Positions 13,701 to 22,700 of a stretch of DNA of 64,000 bases are shown here, piece by piece (the first letter of the stretch is position 1; the number at the start of each line of letters is the position of its first letter). Source of the DNA: Phoronis australis (lineage: Eukaryota; Animalia; Phoronida); contig NMRA01000738.1 in the NCBI GenBank assembly GCA_002633005.1, forward strand, positions 1 through 64,000. The letters run 5' to 3'. Below the pieces are notes generated by a model. That model ran no database searches. It was not told the origin of the DNA and was given only the letters and a program-made list of their open reading frames with translations. A program made the position numbers and the translations under genes.

Positions 13701-16700
13701 TTTTAGGCAGTGACTTGCAATTTTTTTTCAAACATGTAAGATTGTTAGTTTGCTTAACTTCATCTTAAGTTGCGTTTTTTATCTTAACTTTCTTTTGAAA
13801 AGGATGTTGTGCGAAACTGGCTCCAGATTTCTAAATCTGTGATAGGAGGTACGCATAAAAGTGTGTCACAATTGTCAGGCAACTCAAGTTCAGTAAAATT
13901 GAGAAACCTTAATCCGGCACTGTTTGAAAGGATCGTCATGGGACGTTCAGTAACCCTAGACACCTGCTAGCCATTTGCGGCAAAAGTGCTGGCACTTTAC
14001 CAAGAAAATGTTCGTAGTTAGATTGGTTCCCACTTCACGCAGACAGGAAGCGCTCTCCAAAACGAGGCTCACTACGATGGCTCCATTAAATGGTTAATCG
14101 ACATTGTTCTGTTCCGCGTTGCTCCAACGGTGAAAGAAAAAATACGGACAATCTCTAAAAACGTTGAGATTCGGAAGCCATACGCCGCAACGAAGGAAAA
14201 TATTTGCGTGTTTTCATGACTGGAAGTTGAAACACGATGTATAATTACTTTTGAAAAAGGGGAGGACCTTCGATATCCCTCGATTTTTGTGCCGAGTATT
14301 GGCCCTATACTCCCCTCTAAAAAATATTGAAAATTCACGTGAAATTCCCCTCACGAGGACTAAAAATTCCCCTCAAGTAATTGGAAATGTGGTCTGCCCA
14401 GTTAAGGAAAAATCTAAAACGAAATGGGTTATTTACGTCAGGTTATGCTTTGGACGAACGAACACGGTGATTGATATCTAAACGCACATCACAAATGATG
14501 TAATAAATATTGAAACCAAGAAAGCAAAATTGGTGGTCAAATGTGTGTTTTCTATTTTAATAAAAATAATTTAATCACATCAATCATTCTTGCAGATCGA
14601 TGACAAATCAACTGTCAGTCCCTAAATCCCTACCTCACTACCAGGGCCTAGACTATGCTTGATGTTAATATATTTGATCAGCGAATTAAACCAGATGGGA
14701 CTAACTTGCACTTGACATCAAATGCAATGATCCGCCGCTGTCAAATATATCTTCAACTCGCCAAAAATACGAACACATGAACTGGTTCGAGTAGAAAGCA
14801 TTTTATCAACAAGTTAAAGAAGAAAGGTTACCACGCATTCAACACTCCTACATCCGTCGTAACACGATCGCCACAATTTACTCATATTTACCTTTCGAAC
14901 GTCAAAAAATACAGCCTTTGGTCAGACAGTTCTTTGATGCATTGACTTGTTCGTTAATGTTTTATCTACATGTACGTATGTGTGGTTAATTATTAACACA
15001 TTTCCTAAGATTTAATAACCACGTTGGATTCGAAAAAACAGCCATGAACTCACGTAGTATCAACTTCCGCTTTATTTATCGCAATGAGCCTCTCTTTGGA
15101 TTTTAAGGTCCGCCCCGTGAATTAGAAACATAAGGAAGTCTTTGCGAAGCCGCCTGCGTCTCCATGATGGCGAGGAGCGAGGGTAGGAAGTAATAAGTAT
15201 CGTGGGTGCGTAGGTATAATTTTATCTCTTCAGATGAGATTCAGGCGTTGCCACGTTCTATCACAATCAGGTCGACAATTTTGTGAATGCCATCCGAAGA
15301 CCCAAAAAAGCATGAAGTTGGGATGATAAATTATGGGATATTATTCGTTGTTTCCGGTGCATAAGTGAAGATTTCTTATATCAAGTTCTTTGCAAGTGTC
15401 GCGTTTATACGGAATTCGGCGGCATGGTCGTTTGGGATATCCCCACACTCGCGAGATACAAGTTCTTCTGAACATACGAGTAAGACGAACATGATTAAAA
15501 AACAACTGTGAACCTTATTTTAACCTTTATCTGATGAGGGAACTATTTCAGTCAGTTAAGTAAAGCAGTTGAACTAAACCCTTATCTACTACCAAAATAA
15601 TTTCACAGAGATTTTAAACAGTCGCAAAGCACGTAACCAACCAAACCTTCACAGAATGTGCCGTTTCCGATATATCCTTTCGAGCACGTGCACCAAGGGA
15701 CGCCTGTCGAGTTGAAGCAGGTTGCATGTGGATGGCAAGGATTGTAAGTACACTTTTGTACTGCAACATTAAAACGATTATGAACAACACATTAAGATTT
15801 TTGTCTTTTAAACTCAAAAGTTAGCAATAGTCGTCTATTAATCTGATCTAGTCAAATTCATCAAATCGTTTTGAATGACGCTATATTAAATTAAACAAAA
15901 AACCCTGACCACTTCCCAGCATACCGCAGCGCCCTCTCGTACTGATTTATTATCCCACAATACTACACGTTTGAATTAGTACCAAAGTGCCATTCTTGAT
16001 TTGACGTCAATAAATTTTTCTGTTTCCAACCGTGTTGCAACGTTGGCAACATTTTTGAAAGCTGAATGGGGTGGGTTAAATTGTTGTTCACCTGTGCGGC
16101 TCCGAGGTGGTTTACTTTCGACAACTACGTCTACAATGCAACGTGCTTTTCTACCTCCCCGAAGAAGTAGAGTTGAATTTTGGAATTGTCCAAGATTACA
16201 CATTACATGTAATGACATGTAATCCAGTCTGATTTGAATACTTTCTTAGATGACGATAGTGAGCCTACTATTTAAACGTTGCAAATTACACGAAAGCTGA
16301 ATTTCACACAAAACTGAAGAACTAGATGGTTCTGTCGTTAGGCGCAAATTCACGCAAATGTACAAGTTTAACGGTAAGACCTAAAACAAACGTTATTTTT
16401 TGTCTTCTGGGAACATATGTTATTCACTATTCTGATAACTTTTACCCTTCTTTTCAGAAACAAAAATGGACCACTACAACATAGCGAAACATTAATTATC
16501 CAAAAGGAAGAGCTTTTTCAATCATCACAAAATCACAAATCCATCATGAACTGGGGGCCAGGTTTCTACTCATTACGCAATAATTCAATGTTGACGATAC
16601 ATTTACGTGATAAAAGCGATAAAATCGAACGTCGTTACAGCGTACATGTACATCAACGGACCTTCGAAATCTATGCAAATGCCGATATTATATAGATTAT

Positions 16701-19700
16701 TACATGGCGAAGTCGTTATCCCCCGTATTCTAGAGCCCGAGTGGATTTTGGAGAATTATCGCCCTAGGGGCGGCATCACTGAGGGCGAGAATTCTCCAAA
16801 ATCCACCAGGGCTCTAGATAAGGTGGATCACGACTGAGAACGTGTAATAATCTATTTATGCCACATACTAAACGAGAAACATTGCAATGAATTATCTACC
16901 TTTCCCGACTGGCCTCGGCTTTGTAACCACTGTCTATGTCAGAGACCCGGGGTTGGAGGTCGTGACATTTTAAGAAAAGCCGAGCTATTTTTGTCAAATA
17001 ATGCTTTTACTCAAAACCAATTGAAAATTTTTAAAAATAGAAATAAAGTGAATCTATAAATTAAGGTTTAGCAACTATTATAGATTACCAGTGGTAGATC
17101 TACCTTTTCAGTAAGGGGAGGTTAGGATTTGAGCGAATCCGAGGCGCGTTGCGCCGAGCGGAAGGAAGGTCGGGAGGCGGTTGCCCCCTTCTGTGTAAGA
17201 TTTTTTTTGTGTTTTTAGTAGCTGATTTCGCTTTTCTGGAGAAATTTTTTTCAATCTTTATTTCTGAACCTGTTCCGATGGGGGTTTGAACCCCTGAACC
17301 CCCTGTAGATCCGCCTCTGGCTTACACATTTTATCACGCTAAGCTTTCGCCGGGAATATATTATATGCTAACGGCATTTTTTCCCTCAGGGTGCAAATCT
17401 AGATTTTTTATGTTATGCAATCATATTGACAGAATTGCATCACTTCTGGTAGATATCTGTATGATGATCTTGATTTAGCACTGGTACTTAAGACATTTAT
17501 CCATTTTAAAGTACGAAAAAATGTTAATTATGGCCAGAGTAATCCTTAATATAGTTGAAAATAGCCAGAAATCCATCGTTATTTTGTTTCACTGAAAAAT
17601 TGCACGTTTTTAACACACATGGCATTTAATTAAATCACACATATAATTGAAATTTAATGTTTTTTCATGGTCTTAAGATGTAATTCTTGTTTTTCTTCAG
17701 GTGATTGCAGGGATCTGAAAAGTCCAACACAATTTTCCGGCATACTTGCAAAATGATGTCAATGTTATGCAAAAACACTAAATTTATATGTGCTTCTTCT
17801 CTTACAGCCATGTCTGAAAAAGAAAAGCATTACAAGTGTTTTGAACTGTGTTTTTTAATGGTTGATGGTATATGGAATTTGATTTAGAAACCATACATTT
17901 GTACCAGATGTTCAGGTGATTGGATTCCTCAACCAAATAATGTCACCGTCACCTAAGAAAAACTGTATTCTCCGTAGCCCTGTCAGAATTCCATTAAATT
18001 CTTCCATTAATAAAAGATATTTGATACTGCACATTTTGGCCCACAAAATATATTAGACCAAGCCCTAGATTTGTATTGACCGTAACTAAGAACGTCTTTC
18101 CTATTCTCCGTAGACCCTGTATTCTCCGTAGCCCTCAACTTTGAATTGTTAGTACATGGTTGGAAAAAATTTGTATCTAGGAGCATTTAATGAGAAAATA
18201 GAGACAAATGGACTCTTCAACACAAGAAAAATTACAATTTTTTATTTATTGGTGGGATTTGAGGCAAGTTTAGCTAAATTATTTTTTCAGTTTAAACTCA
18301 TTATTAACAAAACATGAATGTTCGTTGGTCATTCCGAAGTGTTGGCATTAACAAGTAAATGAATTCTATTGCATTGCTCAAGTGCTCATCCACTTATAAT
18401 GAACAGGTATCTGCATATTTTGTATTCTCCGTGGCCCCCTCCATAACCTCAGTGTTATGTGAGTTTTATATATACAATGTCTACTGATGATGAAAAGTGC
18501 TTTCCTGTATTTCTTTGAGGTTAGTTGATGGAAATAGGCATCCAACTGATGATGATGTGACTCTGATGATTAAGTTAAGTGCTGAGTATGTCTTAGGATA
18601 AAGTTTTTCCAATATCTTATATATTTGTATTCGCACAAGTGTGAAGAATAGTAAGACGGTATTATCTCCCTTTTCCTAATCATAACTGTTGTTGTAATTC
18701 AGAAGTACATACTTGGTAGTATTAACAAGTAAATGAATTCTGTTGCATTGTTCCAGTATTTTTCTACCCACAAATAGTACCTTCACATTTTGTATTCTCC
18801 GTAGCCCTCTCACTGACGTCTGTGTTCTGTGAGATCTATTTGTGCAAACAATGTTTACTGATAATGAAAAGTGTTTTCCTGTATTTCTTTGATGATAGTT
18901 AATGGAATTAGGCATTCCTGGTGACAGTGATGTGACTCTGATGATAGTTAACTGCTGAGTATGTCTAAGGATAACAATTGCTGTTTCATTCGTATACTCA
19001 CACCTTGTGAAGCATACACAAGTTTGAACATAGTTTTTTATATTGATGTGCAGTGATTGAGTTCATGAGTTACCAGTAATAAACTTTCTTGTTCCTAAGC
19101 CAGATTTAAGTCTTTTTTTCCAAAATGTATGTGACAATACCAATGATGTATTCTCCGTAACCCACATTTCTTTTTTGTTAATTCAACTAGCCAAATCTCA
19201 AAAACTAAATAAGGATACTTCACAAAAATTTAACCTGATATTCCATATACCTTTTTGATTCCAATAAAAGAAGTCTCAAAGCTGAAATAAAAACTTCATA
19301 AAATGCCATTTCTGAAACAAAAGTGTGCACCTTGAGTCAAAAATGCCGTAAAGTAGGTTACTACTGGAAACTGAGTATAATACTCAAATCAAAAGATCCC
19401 GCCACACGATACCTGCATCCAAATTGGAGATCGGTGATTTACAAGTGAGAGACATGAGAGAAAAATTTCACTGAATTAAAATATTGTTTTTATGGAACTT
19501 ATATGTCTTATTTTTCATAGCGTTCAAATATCTGTACAATGCCCTTTGCTGAACATGCGGTTGTTGCACGTGCTCATTTAAGTATTCTGTTTTCACGTTC
19601 GATGGCGTCAGCCGCGGAGTGGAGTAGTGGTAAAGTCGGCGACTCGAAACGCTTGAGGCCCGGGTTCGAAACCGGCCTCGGTTTCCCGCCAAAATGATAT

Positions 19701-22700
19701 TTCACTAGTGAGATAACCACGACAATGCGGTTGTATTCGAGGCTAATATTGTGTTATAATTCGTTGTAACCAGACATAGACCTTACAATAGATAAATTCG
19801 GGTTGTGAAAGTTACGTTATACCACAATATTAGCGTCAAATGGCAGATACAACCGTGTAATAACCCATAAAGTTATCTCACTAGTGAGATAACGATTTGG
19901 CGGGAAACCGAGGACGGAGTCGAACCCGGCACCCTGGAATTGCTGGTCGCCGACTTAACCACTACACCACGCAGCCACTGACGTCATCAAGAGTGAAAAT
20001 AGAAAACTAAATGAGCACGCGCAATAATCGCACGTTCAGCAAAGCGCATTGTAGTGTACCTAGGAACCACTGGTTCCTAGAGTGTACTTATACGCTACGA
20101 AAAATAAGACACATAATTTCCATAAAAATGATATCTTAATTCAGTGAAATTTTTCTCTCATGTCCTCTTACTTGTAAATCACGGATCTCCAGTTTGAATG
20201 CGGGTATCGTGTCGTCAGGATCTTTGACTTGAGAATTATATTCAGTTACCAGTGGTAACCTATTTTAGCAGACGATAATTTCCCGGTCGAAGCTTAGCGC
20301 GTGTAAAAAACGTGTTTTAAGCTATAATAGTTGCTTAACCTTAATTTAGAGATTCACTTCATTTCTATTGTGTTTAAATTTCCAATTGGTTTTGAGTATA
20401 AGCATTATTTGACAAAAATAGCTCGGCTTTTCTTAAAAGGTCACGACCTCCGACCCCGGGCCTCTGACATAGAAAGTAGTTACAAAGCCGAGGCGAGTCG
20501 AGAAAGGTAGATCGATTCATTGCAATGTTTCTCGTTTAGTATGTGGTAACGCCCCTCGGGCGATAATTCTCCAAAATCCACTCGGGCTCTAGATAACGGG
20601 GGATAACGACTTCGCCATGTAATAATCTATATTTATATCGCTGTTAACGTATCTCCAACCTTATTCACAAAAATTGGCCATTTTTACAATATTTCACTTG
20701 TGTCCAGCAAAATGCCGTATCTTCATTCTCGGGGAACTTCGAATACAAAATTTATACCACGTAGCGAAAAAAAAAGATCTAGCAGAACCACCTTGGAACC
20801 GCACAACCGCGTGGATATTTGTTTATTACTTATCCAAGGTCAAATGTTAAAGGCTTTTTCAATTAAATCGAATCTCCCGCTAGGTACAGAACAGCGGCTT
20901 CGTATACCCTCAGTCCTTTCATTCACAAAGTCGCCATAACATTGAGCCAACGAGGTGTACTTGTGATAGAATGGTGCCGGGGAAAACGAAAACAAAGCGT
21001 AGTTTTGATCATAAGGGAGTTGTGCGTCTACATGCATGCGACCGTTGGCGTCGAAAACGAATGCTGCGAGCAGCCTCAGGCCTCTGTGGTCATGAACACA
21101 GAAAGTTGTGAAAAAAGGCTCACCGTAATTCCTTAATTCAAGTAATAAGTTGACATTTCGATGTTTCGATATCATGCTAACGACATACTTCAATCACCGA
21201 TTCGATTTTTGTTATCCATTTCTTAGGTTTCGTATCTGTCTCCCAGCACGTGACGTGTATAGGCTATGAACTGTGACCTACTTAGAAAGTAGGGCGTAAA
21301 CAACAGTAACAGTTGGCTGGGAACAATACGTCTATTTGAGGTTTTAATGATAATTAAGTTCAATAGTTACGCACTGCAAAATCAGTTGAAATTGCGAGTG
21401 AACGTTGAAATAGCTAACATAGTTAAGGATTGTATAGGTTATGAGTACCGAAAACAAGTTTTCACCGAATAATTAACCGAAGACTTTGAGATTTTCACTT
21501 GTCTCAGTTTAATCAGCTTTTTCTCGGCTTCAGCAAATCGACTTTCTTTGAACTTAGGAACACTAGTTCTCGAAAACGGCTTGATGGATTTTGATGAAAC
21601 TTTCCAAACTCAGCATTTCGTCATCAGTCTAAAAAACCGGGATAGGATTTTTGACATAAAGGCCTAGTTTTTGCGTAATGTGACAAAGACGAATACGACT
21701 TCAATTTTTTACAAAAATACCTTACGTTTTGCGAGTTGATTTGTCATAGAAACCAAACGAACAGACTAATCGAAAATTCCTACCAACATTTTTGAGGTAA
21801 CCGGTAGAGTTTTCATTTAAAAAGTTTTCATTAAAATCGACCGAGGGGTTATTTTGCTATGAATCTACCTTTCTTAAAATGCAATTTTGACTTAAAAAAG
21901 GTTTTTTCTTAAAAATAATAGTGGCACATAAATACAAAAAGTATATTTATATTTGCTGGTCTTTGTTCTTCCAGAAAATATATACTTTTACTACTTGACA
22001 GAGCTCAGTTTGTTGATATACGAGTTAGATTGGAGGCCATTAAATAAGGTTGGAGATAACCTTAACTTTCTAATTAGGGTTCTTCTTAACAAGGTTTGAC
22101 CGTACCTGTTTTGCACATAAAATTCCACGTGTATGATTCACAATTGAAGTCGTACCACCTTCCATTATCCCATAGTTCAACACAGTTTGTATGCGTACTA
22201 TTCCGGGGAAGCCCTATTCGCCAATCTGAAAAAATGAGATGATGTACCGCAAAGACATCGCTTGTGATGAAACACTCAACATTTGCTCGTTTTATTGGGA
22301 AATGGTAAACCTGTTGGAAGTTCATAGCGAAAAATCGTTGCATTGATATCGCCCTACATGTGCATTGAAACCTGACAAAACCTGTGGTTTAATGTAAAAG
22401 GATTCTTAATAAAAAGTGGGAAACTGTGGAAATTTGTCTTCGTCGATGTTAAGCCAAAGACCCAAAAGGCAACAGATTGGAAATAATGCTAAATTATCTG
22501 AAAAGAAACGAAGATTTTTGCATTGGAACTGTTTGACGTGACCAAATTTCCTCATTTTTTTCAAACGTCTGTCTCGTAACATTAACTTTTTGATGACAAA
22601 ATAATTTAGGTGCTGTCCATCATGGAAATCAAGTGTGTTGCTTAGACAACCGTCACCTTATTTATGGTCACAGCTTGTTATGCAATGGACCGCTCCAGAG

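Larger units (their letters stand above)
16691..20631. mobile_element. Giant foldback (palindromic) non-autonomous element, ~1.7 kb after removing three nested insertions
   Basis: TATAGATTATTACATGGCGAAGTCGTTATCCCCCG at 16691 has an exact reverse complement ending at 20631. The arms align from the ends to a centre near 19790. Confidence 0.9.

Noticed and set aside
14830-14880. Cys-containing minus-strand stretch between the EGF exons as an extra exon
   Set aside because: Lacks EGF spacing and a convincing acceptor; the gene model is in frame without it.
17964-19163. CRISPR-like array from the repeated 17-bp motif
   Set aside because: Eukaryotic context, irregular spacing (16-370 bp), spacers homologous to each other, and no cas genes.
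19611-19977. Bona fide tRNA genes
   Set aside because: Acceptor, anticodon and T stems are imperfect, the implied anticodons differ between the mirror copies, there is no adjacent T-run terminator, and both lie in a transposon. Treated as tRNA-derived heads.
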